In this document: piece by piece, positions 10,272 to 20,218 of the stretch
How the letters are laid out: each line of letters starts with the position of its first letter
Numbering within the stretch: position 1 is the first letter of the stretch
Assembly: GCA_049903315.1 (NCBI GenBank)
Contig: JBNGBT010000005.1
Span: 128,001 to 192,000, forward strand
DNA from: Candidatus Cloacimonadota bacterium
Lineage (GTDB): Bacteria > Cloacimonadota > Cloacimonadia > JGIOTU-2
Length of the DNA stretch: 64,000 bases
Direction of reading: 5' to 3'
Translations under genes and position numbers: made by a program
The notes under the pieces: model-generated
The model's input: only the letters and a program-made list of their open reading frames with translations
What the model was told of the DNA's origin: nothing
Database searches by the model: none

Positions 10272-11732
10272 ATCAAAAGAATAATTGTAATTTCGGTCTT
10301 TATAGCGATAGCGAATGTATTATTGTTTCATTATTCTGCTGCTGAGACAATACATATTCCAGCAGATTTCAATTCAATACAAACAGGAATTAACACTGCA
10401 AGTACAGGAGATACGGTTCTTGTAGATGCAGGAATATTTATAGAAAAAATAAATTTTAATGGAAAAAACATTACTGTTGGTTCACTATATTTAACAACAC
10501 AGGATACATCATATATTTCTCAGACAATTATCAACGGCAATCAAAATGGGAGTGTTGTAATCTTTGAAAATGGAGAGGATTCAACAGCAGTTTTATGTGG
10601 TTTTACTATTGTACATGGAAATAATGTTTTTGGTGGTGGAATTTATTGTAAATATTCCTCATCTCCGAGTTTAGAGAATATAATCATTTCAGAAAATAGT
10701 GCTTCTCATTCCGGTGGTGGGATGTACTGTAAATATTCTTCATCTCCGGATTTAAAAAATGTAACCATATCAAATAACAGTAGTATAAGTTATGGTGGCG
10801 GGATATATTGTGAAGACAATTCCTGCCCGGTTTTAGAGAAAGTAACGATATCGGGAAATTATTCTCATCATGGTGGTGGGATCTGTTGTTTGTTTGGTTC
10901 AAGCCCGAGTTTAAAGAATGTAATTATTTCGAACAATACAGCAACGTGGTATGGGGGTGGCATCGGCTGTTTCTATGACTCAGATATTCATGTCGAGAAT
11001 GTAACGATAGTCGACAATAGTGCTTCTGATAGAGGTGCAGGGATATACTGCTATAAATCATTCCCTGCTTTAATGAATACAATTGTATCTTATAATATGG
11101 ATAATTACGGACTATATGCATATTCTTGTGAACCATCGGTTTTGTATTCCAATTTTTATGAAAATGAATTTGGGAATTTCTGTGGCTGTGGAGAAGAAAT
11201 TGGAGTCAATGTTACAACAAACATTCATGGAGATAGCTGCGATGCCTATTATAATATACAGGAAAATCCTTTATTCGTTGATCCTTTAAATGGAGATTAT
11301 CATCTCAGCTGGGCGAATTATCCTATTCCCGATTATACCAAATCGTCCTGTATCGATGCCGGAGACCCGAATTCACCTCCCGATCCTGATGGTACGATTG
11401 CAGATATGGGAGCATACTATTTCAACCAAACTGTTTCAGTAGATGAACCAGAACAATCCTCTGAGTTCAATCTTACCAAATATCCAAATCCAATTACATC
11501 AAACATAAATAATCTCACAGTTAGTTTTTCTATTAATAAACCTAGCAATGTAAAAATTCAATTATTCAATGTGAGAGGGCAACTGATTTCAACTCTTATA
11601 AATGAAGATAAAAATGTTGGAGAATACACATTATCATACCCGGTTAATGAATTATCATCAGGAATATATTTCACAAAGATATGTGTTGATGGGGTAGGTA
11701 GAGAGATCAAAAAAGTTGTATTGTTAAGATAA
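10272..11732 (+). CDS. Secreted right-handed beta-helix (GGGIYC repeat) protein with FlgD/T9SS-type C-terminal domain; probable start is ATC at 10272
   Basis: TIHIPADFNSIQTGI N-terminus, GGGIYC..SSP repeats, DPDGTIADMGAYYF, CTD. The ORF track starts at TTG 10323, but the signal peptide (IKRIIVISVFIAIANVLLFHYSAA) begins at ATC 10272 after GGGGGAG. Confidence 0.8.
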   Translation: MKRIIVISVFIAIANVLLFHYSAAETIHIPADFNSIQTGINTASTGDTVLVDAGIFIEKINFNGKNITVGSLYLTTQDTSYISQTIINGNQNGSVVIFENGEDSTAVLCGFTIVHGNNVFGGGIYCKYSSSPSLENIIISENSASHSGGGMYCKYSSSPDLKNVTISNNSSISYGGGIYCEDNSCPVLEKVTISGNYSHHGGGICCLFGSSPSLKNVIISNNTATWYGGGIGCFYDSDIHVENVTIVDNSASDRGAGIYCYKSFPALMNTIVSYNMDNYGLYAYSCEPSVLYSNFYENEFGNFCGCGEEIGVNVTTNIHGDSCDAYYNIQENPLFVDPLNGDYHLSWANYPIPDYTKSSCIDAGDPNSPPDPDGTIADMGAYYFNQTVSVDEPEQSSEFNLTKYPNPITSNINNLTVSFSINKPSNVKIQLFNVRGQLISTLINEDKNVGEYTLSYPVNELSSGIYFTKICVDGVGREIKKVVLLR

Positions 11733-11735
11733 AAA

Positions 11736-11935
11736 CACACCCCGCCCGTCTGCTGGCGGGCACCCCTCTTTTTAGAGGGGATTTTTAATGATCTCTACTC
11801 TCTCTGCTTGCCAGGGCGTAATGAAATGCAGACTGATGGTGAATTCTCTTTCTTTATTTTCTTATATCTTTGCGGCTTTGCGTGAGATCAATTTTTTTAA
11901 TATTTTTTCGTGCTTTTTGTGTTTTTCGTGGTTAA
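11736..11935. repeat. Composite intergenic REP-like repeat region (two GC hairpins plus 9-nt-periodic repeats)
   Basis: CCCGCC..GGCGGG (11741-11760), CCCCTCT-TTTT-AGAGGGG (11763-11780), GCTTTGCGTGAGAT (11875-11888, identical to 54255-54268), TTTTCGTGCTTTTTGTGTTTTTCGTGGTT (~11905-11933). Confidence 0.65.
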
Positions 11936-12002
11936 CTCTTACTACAATTCTGGACATAAAAAACTCGATTTCCACAGTGTATGAAAATTTTTAAGGGGCT
12001 GT

Positions 12003-15000
12003 ATGAAAAAAGTATTTCTTGTTGCCACTATACTTCTCCTTGCCGTGAATCTTCTTCACGCAAAGGACATGTTTACTTATTCCTCAAAAGGAAATAGTGT
12101 TGAAATCCAGTTTAATAATAACAACGATGTAATTTCTGAGATAACAAATGCTTTCACCACAATCGCGCTACCTTCAGAAGATATCGAGATAATCATTCGT
12201 GATGTCACTTTGTCCGAGTATTCAGACAAAGGTGAATTTCTAAGGAATGTCGATCAGTTTGATGATGCAAGGATCATAAAGACCAATTCTTTTACAATGA
12301 GAGAACTGCGTGGTCATACATTGCAGATAAAAACTCAGATATATAATGAAAAAGAACACGCGTATTCTAAAATTGAAAAACTTAACTTCGATATAGTACC
12401 TCAGAAAATTCAATCTGCTCCTCAGTATCTCTCGAAAGCATTTTATAAACTTTATCCGCAACTTGTAGATAATTTTGACGAATCCTCTCTTGCTGACCTT
12501 CCTGTCCAACCATCAAAGATGCTCATCATCTGCCACCAATTGCTCAAGAACTATATTCAAGATTTCATAAATTGGAAGCAGGCAAAAGGGATCGAATGCA
12601 CAGTGGCGACTCTCCTTGAAACAGGCACAACTGCGAATGAGATAAAAGCATACATACAGCAAGTCTATGACACTTCGGATGTACCGCCGGATTATGTGCT
12701 CCTCATAGGGGATGTGGATGATTATTTTGCAGTACCTTCATTCTATTTCAGTGCTGAGAACGATGTATCCGACCATCCCTATACCATGCTTGCTGGTACG
12801 GATTATTTCCCTGACGTGATCATCGGTCGCATGTCCATCGATGAAATAAACCAGCTCTGGACGATCATTAATAAAGTTATTTCTTATGAAAAAACACCAT
12901 ATCTTGCGAACCCTAACTGGTTACAAAAAGCGCTTGTGGTTGCAGGAAATTACAGTACGACTCCGCCCACACCGAGTACGCCAGTCAAAGTTTCCCGATG
13001 GTTAAGAGATAAGATGATGAACTACGGATTTACCCAAGTTGATACAGTGTTTTATCCACCTACTTATCCTGGAACGTCGGAAATTATCAGCAAGATCAAT
13101 GCAGGTATTAGCTTTCTAAACTACCGCGGTTGGGGAGATGCGAATGGTTGGCATTATCCTGAATTCCATGTAGATAATATGGGAAGTTTGAGCAATGGAC
13201 TCAAGACGCCTGTGGTAACATCTTTTGTGTGCAATACTGGTGATTTTGCCAATACTTCCGCAGATCCTTGTTTTGGTGAAGCAATACTCCAGCTCGGAAC
13301 ACCAACCGCACCTCAGGGTGGTGTAGTTTTTATCGGACCTTCTGACCTGCATACAAGCACAAAGTTAAATAATTCGCTCTTCTCAGGTTTCTATTATGGA
13401 TTGCTCGATGAAGGCATTTATGATTTCGGAGCTGCTGTGTTGAGAGGGAAGATAGAACTCTATCACAATTTCCCTTTACAGCAGGCATCCGGTGACCAGG
13501 TGGAGTTTTATTTTCATGTGTATAATATCCTCGGCGATCCAACTTTGACCATGTGGACAACAATACCTGAGGAAATAGACTGTACAATACCCGAAAGTGT
13601 GACTGTTGGTACGAACCATCTCGATATATCCTGCACAAACCTTGAAGAGGGAGTCGTTACAGCAAGGAAAGCTGATGAGTTTTACGAAATAGCAATGCTC
13701 GAAAACGGACATGCGATCATTCCCTTTGCTTCAGAAACAGCAGGAGAGATCGAGCTTGTGATCACATCTCCGAATTTTGTAGCCATTGTTGATACTATTG
13801 ATGTTCTTGAACTGGCAACGGATATGGGATTATATGAATATGAAACTACTGCAGCAGTCCAAGCAGGAAGCACTTTGGAAGTTGATCTCACTCTGAAAAA
13901 TTTTGGGACATCCACTGCATCCGGAGTCACAGCAACGTTGAATTCGAGCAGTTCGTTTGTGAATATCACAGTACCCACTCAAAATTTTGGAGATATTGTG
14001 CCTGATGCAACAAGCCAGCAGAGTTATGAAATTGAAATCGAGGCAGATTGCCCTGACAACGAGGTTCTGGAATTCACACTTGATATTTCTACCGGAGGAA
14101 CTGCAAAGTTTTCTTTAATTGCTTCTTCGCTTCTATTTGATGTAATTGATGTAATAGTAAATACACCAAGCGGATGGCTTGAACCGGGAGAAGTCAGCGA
14201 GATACAGGTGACAATTGAAAATATCGGCTCTCTTGATGGAGCAGGTATTCAAGGTTACCTTTCCGTGCACAGTGATGCAGCCGCGATCACATCTGCTGAT
14301 TATGCATTTGGCTCCGTACCTTTGATGGCAACATCTGCCGGCACTTTTAATGTGGACATAGAAAGCAATTGCTTTATGGGTAGAAATATTCCCTTTGAGC
14401 TTACTCTTACTGACGAAAGCAACAGGATCATACATGCATTTTTTTCTCTTGAGGTTGGTCCAATCGACAACACAGCTCCTACCGGTCCGGATGCATTCGG
14501 CTACTATGCCTACGACAGCTATGATGCTGATTATGCTGAAGTGCCTACCTACTTCTGGGATGAGATCGATCCCCAAGAGGGAGGATCCGGAGATGTTATA
14601 CTTATGGCTGATGACGAATCGAGCACTATTCCTTTGCCTTTCACATTTACATATTATGATGAAGCATTCAATGAGATCACTGTGTGTTCAAATGGATGGA
14701 TTTCTTTCATTACAAATAATTGGACGAATTTCCGAAACTGGGATATTCCTTCCGCACTTGGTCCTTACGGACAGGTCTGTGCGTACTGGGATGATCTTAT
14801 CGGTGAAGCATATACTGTTTCAGACACTACCTATCATCACGATATGAGGATTTGCCATTATTATGATACTGCTGAAAATAAGTTCATCATAGAATGGAAT
14901 AAATGTTTCAATAGATTTGATGACACTTCTGTCGAGAAATTCGAGCTTATTCTCTTCGATCCTGCATATTATCCTACTGCGAGCAGTAACGGGGAAATAC

Positions 15001-15491
15001 AGTGTAATTACCAAACAGTCAACAATCCTGATGCAAACAGCAATTATTCAACAGTTGGTATAGAGAATCTTACACAATCCGATGGAGTTCTTTATACTTA
15101 TGCTGATATGTATCCGGCAAGTGCGACATTCCTGGAAAATGAACTTGCCATTAAATATACGACTGATCCGCCAGATCCATACTATGCAGTTGATGATGAG
15201 CCCGCTGACATTGGCAGCTCACTTATAATATATCCGCAACCCTCTTCCGGTTCGACAGTTATCTCGTATTATGTTCAAGATATTTCAACGACCAATATCT
15301 CAGCAGGGATATACAATATCAAAGGACAGTTAGTAAGAATGATTAGATTCGATACTTCCAACGATAAAAGCAAACAGTATATTTGGGATGGTTTTGACGA
15401 CAATAATAAAAAATCACCAAACGGAATATATTTCGTGAAAATTAATGAAAATGATAACACCAGTATTGGTAAAATAATTTTATTACGATAA
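12003..15491 (+). CDS. Peptidase C25 (gingipain-like) protein with Ig-like domains and C-terminal sorting domain
   Basis: WKQAKG, PDYVLLIGD, SDHPY..D.FPDVIIGR, NYRGWG, FVCNTGDF, YNILGDP, TGPDAFGYYAYD, YNIKGQLVR..WDG..GIYF..KIILLR. Confidence 0.9.
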   Translation: MKKVFLVATILLLAVNLLHAKDMFTYSSKGNSVEIQFNNNNDVISEITNAFTTIALPSEDIEIIIRDVTLSEYSDKGEFLRNVDQFDDARIIKTNSFTMRELRGHTLQIKTQIYNEKEHAYSKIEKLNFDIVPQKIQSAPQYLSKAFYKLYPQLVDNFDESSLADLPVQPSKMLIICHQLLKNYIQDFINWKQAKGIECTVATLLETGTTANEIKAYIQQVYDTSDVPPDYVLLIGDVDDYFAVPSFYFSAENDVSDHPYTMLAGTDYFPDVIIGRMSIDEINQLWTIINKVISYEKTPYLANPNWLQKALVVAGNYSTTPPTPSTPVKVSRWLRDKMMNYGFTQVDTVFYPPTYPGTSEIISKINAGISFLNYRGWGDANGWHYPEFHVDNMGSLSNGLKTPVVTSFVCNTGDFANTSADPCFGEAILQLGTPTAPQGGVVFIGPSDLHTSTKLNNSLFSGFYYGLLDEGIYDFGAAVLRGKIELYHNFPLQQASGDQVEFYFHVYNILGDPTLTMWTTIPEEIDCTIPESVTVGTNHLDISCTNLEEGVVTARKADEFYEIAMLENGHAIIPFASETAGEIELVITSPNFVAIVDTIDVLELATDMGLYEYETTAAVQAGSTLEVDLTLKNFGTSTASGVTATLNSSSSFVNITVPTQNFGDIVPDATSQQSYEIEIEADCPDNEVLEFTLDISTGGTAKFSLIASSLLFDVIDVIVNTPSGWLEPGEVSEIQVTIENIGSLDGAGIQGYLSVHSDAAAITSADYAFGSVPLMATSAGTFNVDIESNCFMGRNIPFELTLTDESNRIIHAFFSLEVGPIDNTAPTGPDAFGYYAYDSYDADYAEVPTYFWDEIDPQEGGSGDVILMADDESSTIPLPFTFTYYDEAFNEITVCSNGWISFITNNWTNFRNWDIPSALGPYGQVCAYWDDLIGEAYTVSDTTYHHDMRICHYYDTAENKFIIEWNKCFNRFDDTSVEKFELILFDPAYYPTASSNGEIQCNYQTVNNPDANSNYSTVGIENLTQSDGVLYTYADMYPASATFLENELAIKYTTDPPDPYYAVDDEPADIGSSLIIYPQPSSGSTVISYYVQDISTTNISAGIYNIKGQLVRMIRFDTSNDKSKQYIWDGFDDNNKKSPNGIYFVKINENDNTSIGKIILLR

Positions 15492-15510
15492 TGAGTGAAA
15501 GGAGTATCCA

Positions 15511-16956
15511 ATGAAAGATCTCACACAATTAGCGCTTGATGCTGCGGTTTTACATGGCGCATCATATGCGGATATACGAATTATTCTTTCAACAAACCAG
15601 AATATTTCCGTGAAAAATGGAGAAGTTGAAACACTCAATAATGCGGAGAGTATCGGCTTCGGAATTCGAGTTATAGCAAACGGATCATGGGGATTTGCTT
15701 CAAGCTCAATCCTCACAAAAGCCGAAATAAAGATCGTTGCAAAGCGTGCAGTAGAAATCGCAAAAGCATCTGCAACACTTCGTAAAGACAGCGTAAGACT
15801 TGCACCAGAACCTGTTCACCAGGACATCTGGACAACACCCTACATGATCGATCCATTTACTGTATCTCTTGAAGAAAAACTGGATCTGCTTTTCAAGATC
15901 GATGGAATTCTCAGAAAAAATGATAAGATCAAAGTGGCTGAATCCTCAATGAATTTCTGGCGCGAGCATCAATGGCTTGCAACCACTGAAGGAACTTTTA
16001 TCGAGCAGATACTGCTTCGAAGCGGAGCTGGATATTCTGCCACTGCAGTTGACGGACCAAATGTGCAGGTGCGTTCCTACCCGGCATCTTTTGGCGGACA
16101 GTACAAACAGATGGGTTACGAATTCATACTTGCTACTCCTTTTGTTAAGAATGCAGAACGAATCCGCGAAGAAGCAGTTGCGCTTCTATCTGCTCCCGAC
16201 TGTCCTGTTGGAGATATGGATCTCATTATTGGCGGAAGCCAACTCGCACTCCAAATTCATGAATCAATCGGGCATCCTTCAGAACTGGATCGAGTGCTTG
16301 GGATGGAAGCAAACTACGCAGGTACAAGCTTCTTAACTACTGATCTTTACAAAGATTATAATTATGGTTCGCCGATTGTTAACGTAGTTGCGGATTCCAC
16401 AGTTCCAACCGGGCTTGCCACTTTTGGTTACGATGATGATGGAGTTCGTGCGCAGCGCTATCATATGATCCAGAACGGATTGTATAAGATGTATCTCACC
16501 AATCGTGAACTTGCCCATGTGATCGGTGATCCCCGCAGCAGGGGTTGCAATCGAGCAGATGGCTACAGCAGCATACCTATGATAAGAATGATCAATATTT
16601 CACTCATGCCTGTGCAGGGAACACTTGATGAACTTATCTCAGATACAAAGAACGGGCTTTTCGTAGAAACTAATAAAACATGGAGCATTGATCAGCGCCG
16701 TCTGAACTTCCAATTCACAACCGAAATCGGTTGGGAGATCAAGAACGGTAAGAAAGTCCGCATGGTGAAAAATCCGACATATCAAGGAATAACACCGCAT
16801 TTCTGGCAGAGCTGCGATGCGATCTGCGGCGAGGAAGAATGGACACTCTGGGGTGTGCCGAATTGTGGAAAAGGACAACCCGGACAGCGCGCAGAAATGT
16901 CACACGGAGCTGCCCCTGCAAGGTTCAAAAAAGTCACCGTCGGTGTACATAAATAG
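15511..16956 (+). CDS. tldD: TldD family metalloprotease
   Basis: YADIR, GFGIRV..GSWGFAS, HESIGHPSELD (HExxxH), YDDDGV, C-terminal CGKGQP. Confidence 0.85.
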   Translation: MKDLTQLALDAAVLHGASYADIRIILSTNQNISVKNGEVETLNNAESIGFGIRVIANGSWGFASSSILTKAEIKIVAKRAVEIAKASATLRKDSVRLAPEPVHQDIWTTPYMIDPFTVSLEEKLDLLFKIDGILRKNDKIKVAESSMNFWREHQWLATTEGTFIEQILLRSGAGYSATAVDGPNVQVRSYPASFGGQYKQMGYEFILATPFVKNAERIREEAVALLSAPDCPVGDMDLIIGGSQLALQIHESIGHPSELDRVLGMEANYAGTSFLTTDLYKDYNYGSPIVNVVADSTVPTGLATFGYDDDGVRAQRYHMIQNGLYKMYLTNRELAHVIGDPRSRGCNRADGYSSIPMIRMINISLMPVQGTLDELISDTKNGLFVETNKTWSIDQRRLNFQFTTEIGWEIKNGKKVRMVKNPTYQGITPHFWQSCDAICGEEEWTLWGVPNCGKGQPGQRAEMSHGAAPARFKKVTVGVHK

Positions 16957-16967
16957 AAAGAATCAAC

Positions 16968-18578
16968 ATGAAGAGATTGCCATATATACTTATTATATTT
17001 GCTTTATTTGTAGCAATTAATGCCTGTTCGATCTTACAGCCCTATTCAATAAAAAAGATCACTCCTTCGATCCCGGAAGAATACCGGGAAAAAGTTATTG
17101 AAAGTCTCGAAGAAGCCGGGAGTAATAAAAGAGAACTCCTTAAAGTTCTTTATCACTACAAAGATGACCCGCAGAAGCTGGAAGCTGCATCCTTTTTGAT
17201 CGCATATATGCCTGACCACTGTTTTGCAGATGTTGCACTTGTGGATTCGCTGGGCAATCCAGTCCCGTTGAATGTTATGGATTTCAATACTGCATTAGAA
17301 GTACAAACACATATCGATTCACTTGAAAAAGAACTGGGAAAGCTGCATTACAAGCTGATCGAGAAGAGAGAAGATGTAAAAATCATGACAGCTCAGCTTC
17401 TTATGACACATATTGATATGGCATTTCTTGCGTATGGAACTTTACCATGGACAAACAAATATAGCTGGGATGACTTCAGAGAGTACATACTTCCCTACAG
17501 GGGATCGTCCGAGCCTTTATCTAATTGGAGATTGTATTTTTGGTATCTTTTTCCTACAGATAGAGATTCCGCTACAGATCCTCTTCAACTTGCCTATGCC
17601 ATCAATGACTCGGTAAAGAAAATTTTCACTTTTAAAGAGGTATTCTATTATCATCCTGCTGATCAGGGATTGGACGAAATGCTTAAGAACGGATACGGTC
17701 GATGTGAAGATATGACGAATTTCACCATTTATGCAATGCGAGCAAACGGGCTTGCAGTTACGAGCGATTTTACTCCATACTGGCCCGACCGTTCGAATAA
17801 CCATGCATGGAACTCTATCATATTACCAGATGGAAAGGTGATTCCTTTTATGGGTGCAGAAGCGAATCCTGGACAATACAATCTGCAGGAGAAGATAGCA
17901 AAAGTTTATCGTAAGCTGTTTTCTCAGGAGAAGAATACCCTCGCAGATGTACTTCCTGATTCGATGAAAGCACCGCCCTGGCTTGGTTATAAAAATTTCA
18001 AAGATGTGACGGATAAATATGTACCTGTTTCGGATGTAACGGTCCAGATCGATGACGATATCCCTTTTGCTTATATATCTGTTTTCAATGATAATGATTG
18101 GCAACCCATTCACTGGGGAAGTGTTGACAGCTTAAGAAATGTAACTTTCTCTGACATGGGGAGACGCATAGCATACCTTCCTGTTTTTTATGAAATTGTA
18201 GATTCGGTAATAGTGGAAAATGAAATGAAGCCTGATTATGAACCTGTACCCGCAGGTGCACCTTTTATAATGCATGAAAATGGTGAAATAATTTCATTCG
18301 ATAATAAGGGAATTGATCTGCGAGAAAAGGCAGAGATAGCATTTATCATGAAGCAGACCGGGCACGGGGGAATCAATAAGGTGAAAATTGACAGCACCTA
18401 TACCTGGTTCGTCTGGGCTGAAGATGACTGGCAGGAGATCATTGACACCACTGCAACTGCAGATTCTCTTGTTTTTGATTATTATTATCCGGAATCATTA
18501 TTTAAAATTGAAGAGGATTGCCTGCATCCCGATCCGAGGATTTTTACTGTTGAGAATGGGGAAGTATTTTTTTGGTAA
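16968..18578 (+). CDS. Transglutaminase-like domain lipoprotein
   Basis: Lipobox-like AINAC; AGSNKRELLKVL, F.EYILPYR, GRCED (catalytic Cys), NHAWN (His), AKVYR. Confidence 0.75.
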   Translation: MKRLPYILIIFALFVAINACSILQPYSIKKITPSIPEEYREKVIESLEEAGSNKRELLKVLYHYKDDPQKLEAASFLIAYMPDHCFADVALVDSLGNPVPLNVMDFNTALEVQTHIDSLEKELGKLHYKLIEKREDVKIMTAQLLMTHIDMAFLAYGTLPWTNKYSWDDFREYILPYRGSSEPLSNWRLYFWYLFPTDRDSATDPLQLAYAINDSVKKIFTFKEVFYYHPADQGLDEMLKNGYGRCEDMTNFTIYAMRANGLAVTSDFTPYWPDRSNNHAWNSIILPDGKVIPFMGAEANPGQYNLQEKIAKVYRKLFSQEKNTLADVLPDSMKAPPWLGYKNFKDVTDKYVPVSDVTVQIDDDIPFAYISVFNDNDWQPIHWGSVDSLRNVTFSDMGRRIAYLPVFYEIVDSVIVENEMKPDYEPVPAGAPFIMHENGEIISFDNKGIDLREKAEIAFIMKQTGHGGINKVKIDSTYTWFVWAEDDWQEIIDTTATADSLVFDYYYPESLFKIEEDCLHPDPRIFTVENGEVFFW

Positions 18579-18588
18579 TATACTCTTT

Positions 18589-18616
18589 GAAGGCGAGAAT
18601 GGCCATTCTCGCCTTC
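18589..18616. terminator. Perfect 28-bp palindrome between convergent genes (probable bidirectional terminator or stabiliser hairpin)
   Basis: GAAGGCGAGAATGG|CCATTCTCGCCTTC. Confidence 0.6.
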
Positions 18617-18625
18617 GGTATATAA

Positions 18626-20038
18626 TCATATAACCAGTAGTTTCAATTCAGTCATTTCCTCGATTGAGTATCGAACACCCTCTCGACCGAAACCGGAATT
18701 TTTAACACCACCGTAAGGCATCTGGTCAACTCGGAATGTTGGTGTATTATTGATGATCACACCACCTACTTCCAATTCCTTGAATGCAAATTTGATATGT
18801 CTTAGATTATTCGTAAACGCCCCTGCCTGCAATCCATAAGATGAATTATTAACCATCTCGACTGCATCGTCAAAAACATTAAATGGAGTGAGTGTGACCA
18901 CTGGTGCAAATACTTCGTCTTTCTCTACTTTCATAGCAGGATTCGTATTAATGAGAATTGTCGCATCCATTTTAGTTCCATCCCGTCTTCCACCACACAA
19001 AATTTTTGCTCCATATTCAACTGCTTCTTTTATCCAGTTCTCTGCGCGAATTGCTTCCTGCTCTGATATCATACAATTAAGGAATACCTGCTCATCAAGT
19101 GGATGTCCCAGTTTAATTTCCTTGGCTTTCTCTACAAATTGATTCTTGAATTCCTCAAACTGTGATTCATGAATAAAAAATCTCTGCGTATGAATACATA
19201 CCTGTCCTGCATAGGCAAATCCGCCGATAATTGATTTTTCAACAGCATCTTGGATATCGGCATCTTCATCAATAATGATTCCCGCATTTCCACCCAGTTC
19301 AAGACAAATTCGCTTTTTCTCGCACTGTTCTTTGAGCTTCCAGCCAACAGCCGGACTTCCTGTGAAGCTGATCATTTTTATGTCATCACTTTTCACAGCA
19401 CTCATAATTGTTGGACCTGAACAGGGAAGGACAGACAACATCCCGTCAGGAACATATTTTGTTACAATTTCTGCAAGATTCAGTGCAGAGAGGGGTGCCA
19501 GCGAGGATGGTTTGATAATAATGGGATTGCCAACTGCAAGTGCAGGAGCAACCTTGTGAGCAACAAGATTGAGTGGAAAATTAAATGGAGTGATGCCAAG
19601 TACTGGTCCTATTGGAAAGCGTTTTACCAGTGCATGAGTATGCGCACCTTTGGGAACGCTGTCCAGCCCGAAAAACTCACCATTGATTCTCTTTGCTTCT
19701 TCGGCAGCGAGAGTAAAGGTTTGAACCGCTCTTTTCACTTCACCGCGAGCAAAAGTAATGTTTTTTCCACACTCAAGTGCAAGTGTTTCAGTCATTAAAT
19801 CTGCTTTTATTTCTATATCCTTTGCTATTGAAGAGAGGATTTCCGAACGCTCGTACGCAGGCATTTTTTTTGAGATCTCAAAACATCTTACAGCTTTTTT
19901 AATTGCATGAACTATATGCGTGTCATTTGCAACATACACAGTTCCAACTGGAGTATTGTCGTGCGGACAGGTGATAACTTTTTTCTCTTTTGTTTTAACT
20001 AACTCATTGCCGATATAAATAGGATATTCTTTATTCAT
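18626..20038 (-). CDS. NAD(P)-dependent aldehyde dehydrogenase
   Basis: ITPFNFP, IIKPS, SFTGS, LELGGNA, GQVCI (catalytic Cys), EVFAPV, YGLQAG, PYGGVKNSGFGREG. Confidence 0.95.
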   Translation of the reverse strand: MNKEYPIYIGNELVKTKEKKVITCPHDNTPVGTVYVANDTHIVHAIKKAVRCFEISKKMPAYERSEILSSIAKDIEIKADLMTETLALECGKNITFARGEVKRAVQTFTLAAEEAKRINGEFFGLDSVPKGAHTHALVKRFPIGPVLGITPFNFPLNLVAHKVAPALAVGNPIIIKPSSLAPLSALNLAEIVTKYVPDGMLSVLPCSGPTIMSAVKSDDIKMISFTGSPAVGWKLKEQCEKKRICLELGGNAGIIIDEDADIQDAVEKSIIGGFAYAGQVCIHTQRFFIHESQFEEFKNQFVEKAKEIKLGHPLDEQVFLNCMISEQEAIRAENWIKEAVEYGAKILCGGRRDGTKMDATILINTNPAMKVEKDEVFAPVVTLTPFNVFDDAVEMVNNSSYGLQAGAFTNNLRHIKFAFKELEVGGVIINNTPTFRVDQMPYGGVKNSGFGREGVRYSIEEMTELKLLVI

Positions 20039-20218
20039 CGCTGCCTTCTTTCGTGTGAAATGAATAGAATGAGCCCTGAGGTGATGTCAATTTTTTTACC
20101 ACATAAAACGCGGAAAAAAATTTCGTAAGGTATAACAAAAAATAATTTTTACTTTTTTACCAAACCCCAAAAATTAGTAAAGCCAAATTCACTTCCAATA
20201 CCCGGAATTCCGCTTTCA

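Noticed and set aside
10163..10345. 60-aa ORF
   Set aside because: Overlaps the promoter, RBS and signal-peptide region of the next gene in another frame.
11788..11994. 68-aa ORF in the repeat-rich intergenic region
   Set aside because: Reads through T-rich repeat arms, with no RBS.
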